Origin: an uncultured Acidobacteriota bacterium
GTDB taxonomy: Bacteria > Acidobacteriota > UBA6911
DNA: 64,000 nt
Reading direction: 5' to 3'
Assembly: GCA_963809485.1 (NCBI GenBank)
Contig: CAWEJX010000007.1
Span: forward strand, 576,001-640,000
Shown one piece after another: positions 1-9,690 of the stretch. The notes beneath the pieces were generated by a model. It worked only from the letters and a program-made list of their open reading frames with translations. It did no database searches and had not been told where the DNA came from. Position 1 is the stretch's first letter, and each line of letters begins with the position of its first letter. Position numbers and translations under genes: made by a program.

Positions 1-94
1 GTTCTGACCGCAATGCGCTTGCTTTAGTCCACTTCCGCCAGGAACCATCGGGATTCTGAATTGATGCGACTGCAAATTGCGCTGCCCGACAAAG

Positions 95-804
95 TTACAG
101 CGACACCGACAGGAGCTTTTGCAGTTTCGCCTGATGGCCGATATCTGGCTTTTCAGGAGTAGGTTCCGATGGCGCCACACGTTTGTGGCTGCGTGCCATG
201 AGCGCTCTCGAAGCCAAGCCTTTGCCAGGCACAGAGCATAGCATTCTCGCTTCAATCTTCTGGTCTCCCGACAGCCGTTTCATAGCGTTTGATGCAGGAG
301 GAAAGCTGAAGAAAGTCAACATTTCCGGCGAGCCTCCGGAAATAATATGTGATCTTTCGCGGCCAGCGCTCGGCGGGTCATGGAATCGCGATGGCGTGAT
401 TATTTTCGGCGCATCATTTGAACCTCTGATGAGCGTATCCGACAAAGGGGGAAAGGCATCGCCGCTGACGAAGATCGATCGGGCGCTTGGTGAATCGCAG
501 CACGCAAGCCGAGGTTTCTGCCGGGGGCGGCATTTCCGTACCACCGCGGTGGAGAAGCGACGGCAAGGAACTTTATTATCGCCTCTGGATGGAAAAATGA
601 TGGCCGTGGAAATGGGGAAGCGGCAAAAATCGAGCCGGGCATTCCGCGTGTCCTGTTCGATACCGGACTCGAATGTCGATCCCTTCAACGACCAGTATGA
701 CGTGACTTCTGACGGCAGGCGTTTTCCTCTGTTTGCCCCGTGGAGGAGCGTCGCCAACGCCGATAACGGTCGTTACCAACTGGCCTTCTCTATTGAAGCA
801 ATGA
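95..804 (+). pseudogene. Degraded C-terminal part of a Ser/Thr kinase-TolB/PD40 beta-propeller gene
   Basis: Segments WSPDSRFIAF, GGSWNRDGVIIF, YDVTSDGRRF and terminal TNWPSLLKQ* parallel the intact 47386-49968 protein, but with deletions and frameshifts. Confidence 0.8.
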
Positions 805-940
805 CCCTCGCACCCGGCACAAAACTCGGCCCATATGAAATCCTCTCACCGATCGGCGCGGGAGGGCGAGGTATGGAAGGCGCTGGACACGCGCCTGGGC
901 CGCGTCGTGGCGATCAAAAAAGTCAGCGAGCAGCGCCATC
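801..940 (+). pseudogene. Frameshifted 5' fragment of a Ser/Thr kinase
   Basis: [22 protein letters not shown] then, after a frameshift, EVWKALDTRLGRVVAIKKV; nearly the same as the start of 46532-47389. Confidence 0.85.
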
Positions 941-1299
941 TGTGTATTGCTTCGGTCCAGTCCTCGAGTGCCCGCGCTTGCCAGGCTGATGAACCTCCCC
1001 GAGGGGATTCAACAAAAACTTATAGGAACGGCTTTTCAACTCCATGAAACCGCCCTATGAAGATTCTCCCTCCCACAACGCCTGAAGAAAGCGCCTATAC
1101 GGCAGAATTTTGACGCGAGCGCGTTTAAATCCAAATGTCTTTTCAGGGTTGAATAATGGTGACAATTGTTGCTTGTAGGGCTGATTCTCATGATAAATAG
1201 CGGAATATCTGTCAAGTATTTTCACCGCGCGAAGCGCGATTTCAATCCGATTGTTGAAGACGGCGACGCGCGGTGAAGCTCCCGGGGACGTAAGCGGCA

Positions 1300-1783
1300 T
1301 GGGCCACCGATATGCCTTTATACGACAGTACGATCGAGCCATCGAGCAGTTCCGCAGCACTCTTGAGCTGAACCCGCAATATCACTGGGCATATCTGATG
1401 CTTGGCTGGAGCCACATCTAGGCACGAAGGCTCGATGAAGCGATTAGGGCATGCGAAACCACGATGCAAATTCCGGGGCTCGGCTCAATGAGCACCGGAA
1501 TTCTTGGCGCCGTATACGCGCTGGCGGGCCGGATCGGGGAAGCCCGGAAGCTATTGGATGAACTGAGGAATCTATCCCTCCAAATATACGTGCCGCCCAT
1601 GGCATTTGCCTGGATCTGTGGAGCTCTTGGGGAAACGGACAGTGTTCTGGACTGTCTGGAGTAGGCGTTCGATGAACATGACGGCCTGATTGTGCTTTTG
1701 CCGATCCACCCCATTTTTTATTTTCTCCGCTCCCATCCCAGCTACAATGTCCTGCTGCGCAACCGGTTGGAGCCTGCCCATAA
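1300..1783 (+). pseudogene. TPR-repeat C-terminal remnant of a kinase-TPR protein
   Basis: RQYDRAIEQFRSTLELNPQYHWAYLMLG* and LGAVYALAGRIGEARKLLDEL...CLE* with internal stops; boundaries approximate. Confidence 0.65.
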
Positions 1784-2938
1784 TCAGTCGAATCGGGGGG
1801 TGCCGAAGAGTTTGAAGCAAAGAGCGTCCAATGAGCCGAGCCAGCTGGCCAAAGGCAAAATCTCAACATTGCCGCGCTGCAGCGGGCGGTCCATTTCCTT
1901 TACGAGCTGAAAGGCACGGGCGTTGCCGAGCTTGTGCGCAAGAAAGGCGAGCGGCTGATGCAGCGTGTCTCCGGATTGCTTCACCTCGACAATGGCATGA
2001 ACCCGGATCCCTTCCGCAAGTAGAAAATCCACTTCGTGGCCGTCGCGGTCGCGGAAATAGCAGAGTCGGATCTTCCGCCCGGTAGTGTCCTCTGTCCAGT
2101 CGCAGAATTTCTGGAGGGCGCAGGCGACCAGGTTTTCAAGCGCCGCCCCGGCGTTTTGCGCAGCCGACCAATCGAAGAAATACAGCTTGGGCTGCTTGCG
2201 CAAGCTTCTTGCAAGCCCCCGCGAGTGAGGATAGATGCGAAATACCAGATACAACTGCTCCAACAGATCGATCCAGGTTTTCACTGTCGGAGCAGACACT
2301 CCGACATCTGCAGCCAGATGCTGGTAGTTCAAGCCGCTGCCGACACGGTCTCGCAAAAGCTCGATCAGCAATTCCAAAGCGCGTATTTCGCAAATTCTGG
2401 TCAGGTCACGAACATCCCCCCGTACGACAGTATCGAGCCGATCATTAAGGAGGCGGGCGGCATTCTTGGGCTTGAGAAAGGACTCGGGAAAACCTCCGGC
2501 TGTCAGCAGCCGTTCCAGACGTTTGTCCTCCGTCATGTTGGGGAGAAACGTCCGGGTCTCGATGAGATCGAGAGGGTGAAGGTGATAATGAAAGGTCCGG
2601 CCGGTAAGAGCCTCGCCGCCTTTGCGGAATGTTGCCAGCCGCGCGCTGCCGGTGACGAGGATCGGCGGCTTGTTTTGCTGATCGTCGATAATACCCTTGA
2701 GAAAACTCTTCCAGCGTGCACGCTTATGCAGTTCGTCGAGCACGACAATCGGTGCTGAGCGGGGCCACGCGATGCTGTTTATGATCTTGGCATCCGACCG
2801 GACATCGCTGTTGAGATAAACGCCGTCCGCGCCGGCTAATTCTTTTGCCAGGTAAGTTTTGCCGACCTGACGCGGTCCGCTGAGAAGCACCGCTTTTTCA
2901 CGAAGGTCGACCCGCAGCCTTTTTCCGAGATACCGCAT
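1784..2938 (-). CDS. AAA_14 ATPase with DUF4143 C-terminal domain
   Basis: Walker A GPRQVGKT, Walker B VVLDE, TGS motif, KLYFFD and C-terminal EVDF...VEVK (PD-(D/E)xK-like); 384 aa. Confidence 0.9.
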   Translation of the reverse strand: MRYLGKRLRVDLREKAVLLSGPRQVGKTYLAKELAGADGVYLNSDVRSDAKIINSIAWPRSAPIVVLDELHKRARWKSFLKGIIDDQQNKPPILVTGSARLATFRKGGEALTGRTFHYHLHPLDLIETRTFLPNMTEDKRLERLLTAGGFPESFLKPKNAARLLNDRLDTVVRGDVRDLTRICEIRALELLIELLRDRVGSGLNYQHLAADVGVSAPTVKTWIDLLEQLYLVFRIYPHSRGLARSLRKQPKLYFFDWSAAQNAGAALENLVACALQKFCDWTEDTTGRKIRLCYFRDRDGHEVDFLLAEGIRVHAIVEVKQSGDTLHQPLAFLAHKLGNARAFQLVKEMDRPLQRGNVEILPLASWLGSLDALCFKLFGTPRFD

Positions 2939-2958
2939 ACGGCAGCAATATATATCAC

Positions 2959-3003
2959 TTTATTCCTGCCGCGGCAAGAATAAACAATCCTTTATTCCTG
3001 CCG
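2959..3003. promoter_or_regulatory. Palindromic operator-like site plus an extra half-site upstream of the ATPase
   Basis: TTTATTCCTGCCGCGGCAAGAATAAA (2959-2984) is an inverted repeat with one mispair; TTTATTCCTGCCG recurs at 2991-3003. Confidence 0.6.
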
Positions 3004-3117
3004 TAGCTCAAGGTCCGTCGTCCGGAAACAATCGTCCGCCGTTATTATGGAGCCGATATCGGCGAATGACTGCATTATAATGATCGCGCAGGTGGGTATC
3101 CCGCGTTGGAGAGTCCC

Positions 3118-3512
3118 ATGTCCGAAATCGGCCAAACCGTATCGCACTACAGGATCGTCGAGAAAATCGGCGGCGGGGGGATGGGTGTCGTCTACAGGGC
3201 CGAGGACACGACACTGGGCCGCAATGTCGCTCTGAAATTCCTTTCCGCCGAGGCACTCGACAATCCTTCCGCCAGGGAGCGCTTCCTGCGCGAGGCGCGG
3301 ACGGCTGCCGCATTGAACCATCCGAACATATGCGTCGTGCACGAGATCGGCATGCACGAAGGGCGGCACTTCATCACCATGGAACTGCTCGAAGGCGAGA
3401 CTCTCAGGCAGCGCATCGCGCGGGGCATGCTCAAGACGGAAGAACTGCTCGACCTGGCGATTCAGATCGCCGGCGCTTTAAATGCCGCGCATGCGAAAGG
3501 CATCATCCATGT
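3118..3512 (+). pseudogene. Ser/Thr kinase N-terminal fragment truncated at the catalytic loop
   Basis: [38 protein letters not shown]; similarity stops just before RDLK, next to the 3522 repeat element. Confidence 0.9.
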
Positions 3513-3521
3513 TGGGGCTAA

Positions 3522-3764
3522 TGGGGTCGGACCACGTTAAATCATTCATAATAAAGTGGAAACCTGCAGTTTTGCAGGCTCAAATGGGCGCCCAAACAGA
3601 ATTTCGAGGGTATTTTGGGCAGATAGAAATCAGGGGGTTCTCCAATCAAAATGAAATCCATAAACGCAAGAAATGCCACCCCCAATTGCAGCCAAGCCCT
3701 TTTATAGGCCCTGAAAACTGTGTTAAAAATAATCCTGCGAAGGTTTTATCGTGGTGCGACCCCA
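3522..3764. mobile_element. MITE-like ~243-bp element, copy 1
   Basis: Ends TGGGGTCGGACCACGTTAAA and TTTATCGTGGTGCGACCCCA form a terminal inverted repeat; AT-rich non-coding interior colinear with 5041-5286. Confidence 0.75.
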
Positions 3765-3853
3765 CCTCCCATATGGCGGATTTCGATTGGCTTGGATTGA
3801 TTAGAAAACAGGAGCCTCCGCCGGTATTGGGGACAGCATAACCAGGTACGGGT

Positions 3854-4264
3854 TCATCGCTTGATGGCGGCTGTAACGGCTTCCACAACGCGGCGAGAAC
3901 CCGCGCGCGCTGTCTCGGCATCCGGTTTCTGATAAAAGTCGGATGGCGTCAAGTCTTCGCTCCCATAGAACGCCAGCTCCCGATCGCGCCGGAGAGACCG
4001 CGAAATTGCCACGAGTTCCTCAATCTGAGGGCGAATCATTTCGGGTAGCCTTTCGATCTCGGAGCGCAAAATCTCACTGACATCGTGAATGCGCGGGACC
4101 TCGATAGAGGAATGGCGCAATAGAGACTTCAGCGCCAGTTCCACCACTTCCTGTGACTCCCGTACGACATCAGCCCAGCTCTCCCGGTCGAACAGCACGT
4201 CCAGCGCGGCAAGCCTGTGGGTTGCGCGCTTGAGGTAATCATCCGCCAATGTCCTATTATGCAT
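3854..4264 (-). CDS. HEPN domain protein (putative toxin)
   Basis: MHNRTLADDYLKRA...SQEVVELALKSLL...PRIHDV...RELAFYG; directly downstream of a nucleotidyltransferase gene. Confidence 0.85.
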   Translation of the reverse strand: MHNRTLADDYLKRATHRLAALDVLFDRESWADVVRESQEVVELALKSLLRHSSIEVPRIHDVSEILRSEIERLPEMIRPQIEELVAISRSLRRDRELAFYGSEDLTPSDFYQKPDAETARAGSRRVVEAVTAAIKR

Positions 4265-4272
4265 CGCGTTCC

Positions 4273-4866
4273 TCAGAATTCCTTGATCCAGTAAGGACTT
4301 CCATGCGCCATCCGGCGTATGATCTTGCCATGACCCATGGCCGCGCGCACGGATGCCAGAAATCGGGATACCCGGCGGTCGCTCTCCCATAAAACAATTC
4401 CTTCAATCGCCGTTTCATACCAAAGACCCCCGGCCTTCTGGACGCTTCCCGGCAGACTGACGAAATGAGGCGAGATCCTGACAGATTCCTGGGCGTCGCT
4501 GTGCTTTCCGCAAAAATCTTCCCACTGCCGGTAGAGGCAGCGGGAGATTTTCACTTCCGGCCGCATAACCAGCAGCAGGTCGACATCGGAATCTTCGGTG
4601 GCATCCCCACGTGCTGCCGATCCAAATAGAATTACGCCAATAAGCTCTTCTGCCCACCGGTGGATGACTGCGTCCAGAAAATCCGGAGCCGCTGGATATG
4701 CTGTCGCGCTTTTTGTGCTGAAGCCGGCAAGAGGAGGTTCGTTTCCCTGCAACCTCGCGATACACACCTGGTTCAAGGATTGCCCCGCGCTCATCGCCTC
4801 ACGCTTCAACCGGGCATGCAGAGTCCCGGGAATTCGAATGACAAATTTTCCAGAAAGCTTTTTCAC
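4273..4866 (-). CDS. HicB-like RHH domain fused to a minimal nucleotidyltransferase (MNT antitoxin)
   Basis: N-terminal SGKFVIRIPGTLHARLKREA...SLNQ; C-terminal LFGSAARGDATEDSDVDLL (GS-DxD motif). Confidence 0.85.
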   Translation of the reverse strand: MKKLSGKFVIRIPGTLHARLKREAMSAGQSLNQVCIARLQGNEPPLAGFSTKSATAYPAAPDFLDAVIHRWAEELIGVILFGSAARGDATEDSDVDLLLVMRPEVKISRCLYRQWEDFCGKHSDAQESVRISPHFVSLPGSVQKAGGLWYETAIEGIVLWESDRRVSRFLASVRAAMGHGKIIRRMAHGSPYWIKEF

Positions 4867-5040
4867 TTCATTATAGTATTATAGTACTATATCAAAATGC
4901 AACTACTTCATGCATGTCTCGTCCGCCGGACATAACCAGCTGTCCTTGACGAAAACATCGAAAACATGTCGAAAACATGGACACCCACTTTATGCACCCA
5001 CTTTATGCAACAACTGGCCGAATGGGGTCTCTAAGCCTAA

Positions 5041-5286
5041 TGGGGTCGGACCACGTTAAATCACGCATATTAAAGTGGAAAGGTGCAATTTTGCAGGCTC
5101 AAATGGGCCCCAAAACAGAATTTCTGGGGGAGGATTTGGGACTGCTAGAAATCAGGGATTTCTCCAAATAAAATAAAAATCTATAAACGCAAAAAATGCC
5201 TCCCCAACTTGCAGCTAAGCCTTGTTATAGGTGCTGAAAATTGTGTTATCAATAATCCTGCGAAGGTTTTATCGTGGTCCGACCCC
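5041..5286. mobile_element. MITE-like ~246-bp element, copy 2
   Basis: GGGGTCGGACCACG ... CGTGGTCCGACCCC is a perfect 14-bp terminal inverted repeat; same orientation as, and diverged from, 3522-3764. Confidence 0.75.
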
Positions 5287-5363
5287 GACTTTCCCCGACT
5301 TTGACCCCGACTTTAAAATATTTTCGCTCAAAACACCATGCCTTCATCTATAGTTTCTGAGCG

Positions 5364-7172
5364 ATGGCGGAAAATATCGAAGCGGTTTTGCATAAATACT
5401 GGGGATTCGACAGGTTCCTTCCTCTGCAGAGGGAGGCCATGGAATGTGTCTGCGGGGGGCGCGACTCCATCGTTGTCCTGCCCACCGGTGGAGGGAAATC
5501 CTTGTGCTTTCAGGCACCCGCCCTGCTCCTGCCGCACCTGACGCTTGTCGTTTCGCCGCTGATTTCGCTGATGAAGGACCAGATCGACTCCCTGCTGGAG
5601 TGCGGCGTTTCCGCCGGCCGGCTGGACAGCACGATGTCCAATCCGGAAAGGAATGAGGTCTTCGAAAGACTGCGCGCGCGCAGGCTGAAACTTCTCTACG
5701 TGTCGCCGGAACGGCTCCTGATGCCGGGATTCCTGGATTTCCTGAAGGGCCATGGGATCTCTTCCGTGGCCATCGACGAAGCCCATTGCGTCAGCATGTG
5801 GGGGCACGATTTCCGTCCGGAATACCGCCAGCTCAGCATTTTGCGCGAGGCGCTGCCCGGGATCCCGATCGGCGCCTATACGGCCACGGCGACCGAGCAG
5901 GTCCGGCGCGATATCGCCGGGCAACTGCGGCTGGATCATCCGGAAATCCTGGTCGGCGGGTTCGACCGCCCGAATCTGATATACAGAGTGCGACGCCGCA
6001 CGAATGCCCTGAAGCAGATACGCGATGTGCTGGATCGTCACCGGGGAGAATCGGGGATCATTTACTGCATCCGGCGGGCGGATGTCGATGAAATGACCCA
6101 GGCGCTGTCGAGTCACGGCTACCGCGTCGCCCCGTATCACGCCGGCATGACGGACGACGACAGGAAAAAAAGCCAGGACGCTTTCATCGACGAAGAAGTG
6201 GATATCATCGCTGCGACGGTGGCTTTCGGCATGGGCATCGACAAATCCAATGTCCGGTACGTGGTCCACGCGGCGATGCCGAAATCGCTCGAGCACTATC
6301 AGCAGGAAAGCGGACGCGCGGGACGCGACAGCCTGGAAGCCGAATGCCATCTTTTCTATTCCGGGGCCGACTACCTGATCTGGAAACGCATCCTCGAAGA
6401 ATCCGAAGAGCAGGGCGCCGAAATAGGCGTTGCCAAGCTGGGGCAGATGTACCGCTATTGCAGCGGCGTCACCTGCCGGCACAAGGCGATCCTCGGCTAC
6501 TTTGGCCAGCAGCCGGCCAGCGAAAACTGCCGGGCATGCGATATCTGCCTCGGCGAAGTGGAAGGCGTGGCGGATGCTCTGACAGTGGCGCAAAAAATAC
6601 TCTCCAGCGTGATACGCCAGGGCGAACGCTTCGGCGCGGACTATACGGCCGGCGTGCTGATCGGCTCGCGCGAAGACCGCATCCTGGCCAACCATCACGA
6701 TCAGCTGAGCACCTACGGCCTGCTGAAAGATTCGTCGCGCTCCACCGTGCGGGACTGGATCGAGCAGCTTACGGAGCAGGAGTGCGTGGAGAGAGTCGGC
6801 GAATACGGAGTGCTGAGGGTCACCGACAAAGGCCGCCGCATGCTGAAAGGCCGGGAGCAGCCGCTGCTGCTGGAAGCGGCAAAGAAGAAGCCGCCGAAAC
6901 CCGTGATCGAGAAAGAATCGTGGGAAGGCGTCGACCGGGCGCTTTTCGAGCAACTGCGCCGCCTGCGCCGCAAGCTTGCGCAGCAGCACTCCGTGCCTGC
7001 CTATATCGTGTTCAGCGATGCCACGCTGCGCGACCTGGCGAGGAAACGCCCCTTGACTCCGGCCGCCTTATTGGGAGTTTCCGGCATCGGCATGAAAAAA
7101 CTGGAACAGTACGGGGAAGAGGTGTTATCAGAAATAAGGCGGTATTGCGGCGCAAAAGCGGATGAAATTTGA
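5364..7172 (+). CDS. recQ: ATP-dependent DNA helicase RecQ
   Basis: LPTGGGKSLCFQ, DEAHCVSMWGHDFRPEY, QESGRAGRD, Zn-binding cysteines, RQC and HRDC domains. Confidence 0.97.
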   Translation: MAENIEAVLHKYWGFDRFLPLQREAMECVCGGRDSIVVLPTGGGKSLCFQAPALLLPHLTLVVSPLISLMKDQIDSLLECGVSAGRLDSTMSNPERNEVFERLRARRLKLLYVSPERLLMPGFLDFLKGHGISSVAIDEAHCVSMWGHDFRPEYRQLSILREALPGIPIGAYTATATEQVRRDIAGQLRLDHPEILVGGFDRPNLIYRVRRRTNALKQIRDVLDRHRGESGIIYCIRRADVDEMTQALSSHGYRVAPYHAGMTDDDRKKSQDAFIDEEVDIIAATVAFGMGIDKSNVRYVVHAAMPKSLEHYQQESGRAGRDSLEAECHLFYSGADYLIWKRILEESEEQGAEIGVAKLGQMYRYCSGVTCRHKAILGYFGQQPASENCRACDICLGEVEGVADALTVAQKILSSVIRQGERFGADYTAGVLIGSREDRILANHHDQLSTYGLLKDSSRSTVRDWIEQLTEQECVERVGEYGVLRVTDKGRRMLKGREQPLLLEAAKKKPPKPVIEKESWEGVDRALFEQLRRLRRKLAQQHSVPAYIVFSDATLRDLARKRPLTPAALLGVSGIGMKKLEQYGEEVLSEIRRYCGAKADEI

Positions 7173-7226
7173 AAGCGTGCCGCCTCTCGCCGCAATGACG
7201 CCGCCGGTTTGCCGGGGGAGGTCAGC

Positions 7227-7532
7227 ATGAACGTAATCGCGGATCTTTGCGTGGTGCCGATCGGGGTGGGTGTGAGCCTGGGATCCTACATCGCTGAATG
7301 CGAGAAAGTCCTGCTCAAGGCCGGATTGAAGATCCGGCTGCATGGCTACGGCACCAACATCGAGGGAGAATGGGACCAGGTGATGCAGGCAATCAGGGAA
7401 TGCCACGAGACGCTCCATCGCATGGGGGCTCCGCGGATCAGCAGCACGGTCCGGCTGGGCACGAGGATCGACCGGGACCAGACGATAGAGGACAAAATCC
7501 GCAGCGTGGAAGAAAAGCTCCAGCCGAATTAG
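7227..7532 (+). CDS. MTH1187/YkoF-family thiamine-binding protein
   Basis: IADLCVVPIGVGVS...HGYGTNIEGEWD...GTRIDRDQTIEDKIRSV; GGAGG RBS. Confidence 0.9.
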   Translation: MNVIADLCVVPIGVGVSLGSYIAECEKVLLKAGLKIRLHGYGTNIEGEWDQVMQAIRECHETLHRMGAPRISSTVRLGTRIDRDQTIEDKIRSVEEKLQPN

Positions 7533-7847
7533 CCGCCACGCGCAAAGACGGTGGCATGAGGAAGCCCCCAAATGGGGGCAGCGCCCCGTTTTTCGTAAAG
7601 GCGAAAGTGTATTCCGTTGTTGAAGAGGAACAGATCATACCCGGTACTCAGGCTGACGCCGGAATGCACTATGACGATGGATTTGTCCGTGGCACTCCAT
7701 TAAAAATTGACGATGGACGATTGAAAATTTGGGCTATGTCGGTATTTCGAATCTTCCATTTTCATTTTTTATTTTTTGAATCCATTGCACTTTGTTTTGA
7801 TATGTAAATTGGAAAATAGTCTGTCATGATGGAGGATGGAGGTGCCT

Positions 7848-9263
7848 ATGAAGGACAACAAGGACCTCAGTGTGTTCTTTCAGCCGAAAAGCGTGGCCAT
7901 CGTCGGAGCGTCCTCCGATCCGAAGAAACCCGGGAATACTGCACTTAAGAATCTCGTCTCTATGGGCTATCAGGGCAAAGTATTTCCGGTCAATCCCCGT
8001 GAGGATTCCATCCTGGGCTTCCGCTGCTACAGGAACATGCTGGAAATTCCTGAGCCCGTCGATATTTGCGTTCTTCTGGTCTCTGCAGACTTTACTATGC
8101 AGGTTTCCAAGGAACTGGTGCAGAGGAAGAGCCGGTATCACGATGTAGCCGGGGCCGTCTGCATGTCGGCCGGATTTAGAGAACTGAATACCAGCGAAGC
8201 CACGCAGCGCGAGCAGGAGCTGGTTGAGACCTTGAGATCGGCTTCAATCCGGCTGGTCGGCCCGAACTGCCTGGGGATCATCGATGCCTACAGCGGATTC
8301 AATACCAACTTCGATATCCCAAGCTATCCGAAGGGCGGGGTGAGCATTCTGACGCAAAGCGGCGCATTCGCGAATTCGTTTCTCTTCTGGGCGGAGGGCC
8401 TGCGTTTGACCGGCCTGAGCAAATTTGCCTCCATCGGCAACATGGCGGATGTGAACATGGGTGAACTGCTCACGCTACTAAAGGATGACGAGTCCACACG
8501 AGTCATCGGCATCTACCTGGAGGGCCTGACGAATCCCGGGGAGTTTTTCAAAATTGCCGGTGAGGTCAGCGCCGTAAAGCCTATCGTGGTCATGAAGACC
8601 GGGAAGAGCGATGTCGGTTCCACCGCCGCGCTGTCGCATACGGGTTCCGTTGCAGGCGACGATGCGGTCTATGACGCCGCTTTCAAACAGTCCGGCATGA
8701 TACGCGCTGAGACCGTCCTGGAATTCTTTGACACACTGAGAGCCTTTGAGCGGCAGCCGATTCCGGAAGGGAACCGGGTCTGCGTGCTCACGCATATGGG
8801 AGGGCCGGGGACAATCTGCATCGACGAGATCGCGGCAGGCGCGAATTTGCAGCTGGCCAAATTTTCGGCCGAAACCCGAGACGCTCTCAGGAAAATATGC
8901 GCCCCAATGGCCAATATCGGCCATCCCGACGGATATATTGATTTGACGGCGGCTCATCATGAGAAACTTCACAACCAGGTGTTGCAGATTCTTTTCGCGG
9001 AGCCGAATGTGGATCTGGTCCTGCAGATATTGGCTCCGAGCGCATTCATCGATCAAAGGCTGATTGTTGAAGAGATTGCCAAAGCGTACCAAGCGCAGCA
9101 GGGCAGGAAAAAGCCATTTTTGAATGCAGTGACCTTTGGGCGTTTCGCGCTGGAAGTCAGGCAGGGCCTGGAGGGTGCCGGCCTGCCCACGTTTGAATAT
9201 CCCGATATGCTTGCCCGGGTCGCAGGGAATATGGGAGCTTACGCGGCATTCCGCAAAAAATAG
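7848..9263 (+). CDS. CoA-binding protein, acyl-CoA synthetase (NDP-forming) alpha subunit family
   Basis: PKSVAIVGAS, GPNCLG, TQSGA, SIGNMADV and phospho-His motif SHTGS; no ATP-grasp domain. Confidence 0.88.
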   Translation: MKDNKDLSVFFQPKSVAIVGASSDPKKPGNTALKNLVSMGYQGKVFPVNPREDSILGFRCYRNMLEIPEPVDICVLLVSADFTMQVSKELVQRKSRYHDVAGAVCMSAGFRELNTSEATQREQELVETLRSASIRLVGPNCLGIIDAYSGFNTNFDIPSYPKGGVSILTQSGAFANSFLFWAEGLRLTGLSKFASIGNMADVNMGELLTLLKDDESTRVIGIYLEGLTNPGEFFKIAGEVSAVKPIVVMKTGKSDVGSTAALSHTGSVAGDDAVYDAAFKQSGMIRAETVLEFFDTLRAFERQPIPEGNRVCVLTHMGGPGTICIDEIAAGANLQLAKFSAETRDALRKICAPMANIGHPDGYIDLTAAHHEKLHNQVLQILFAEPNVDLVLQILAPSAFIDQRLIVEEIAKAYQAQQGRKKPFLNAVTFGRFALEVRQGLEGAGLPTFEYPDMLARVAGNMGAYAAFRKK

Positions 9264-9472
9264 CCGGAAAAGACCCGAGGAATAATTTCTGCGACCCCAA
9301 ACTGCGGAAGTCTGGCTAAGCCGCAGGACCAGGCGTCCCAAAAGATGTAAACCAAGGCTCCATAATTCCAATAACTGTTTCGCGCCGGGGCTTCGCTTCA
9401 TTCCATTATGTCTGAAAACGAAAGGGAGCGGGGCCGCACAGACAAAGGAGCCGCGCGGCTCCGCCCGTTGAG

Positions 9473-9590
9473 TCACGCGAGCAATTTGGCAGCCTCCTCA
9501 TCATCCACTGCGGGGTAGATCTCTATGGACAGGAGATCGGTCCATCGATGGGCCCATTTCGCCAATGCCATGGGATCATCGCGTCCTTCG
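9473..9590 (-). pseudogene. C-terminal fragment of a DUF3303-like protein
   Basis: DDPMALAKWAHRWTDLLSIEIYPAVDDEEAAKLLA; N-terminus missing. Confidence 0.55.
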
Positions 9591-9690
9591 CTATGCCCCT
9601 GATTTGAGCATCCAGCCGGCCGAGCCAAAGCCGGCAAAATAGGGGCAGCGAAACAGGGGGATAGGTGCTGCAGCCACGCAGGCACTCGGA

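Noticed and set aside
3522-3560. Tn3-family 38-bp inverted repeat or pistol ribozyme (GGGGTC...CACGTTAA)
   Set aside because: The repeat is only about 14-20 bp, no 5-bp target duplication is seen, and the pistol pseudoknot cannot be built.
5328-6989. Long antisense ORF opposite recQ (also 28556-30181, 43229-44785, 25244-26215 and others)
   Set aside because: Shadow ORFs of high-GC genes; no recognisable motifs.
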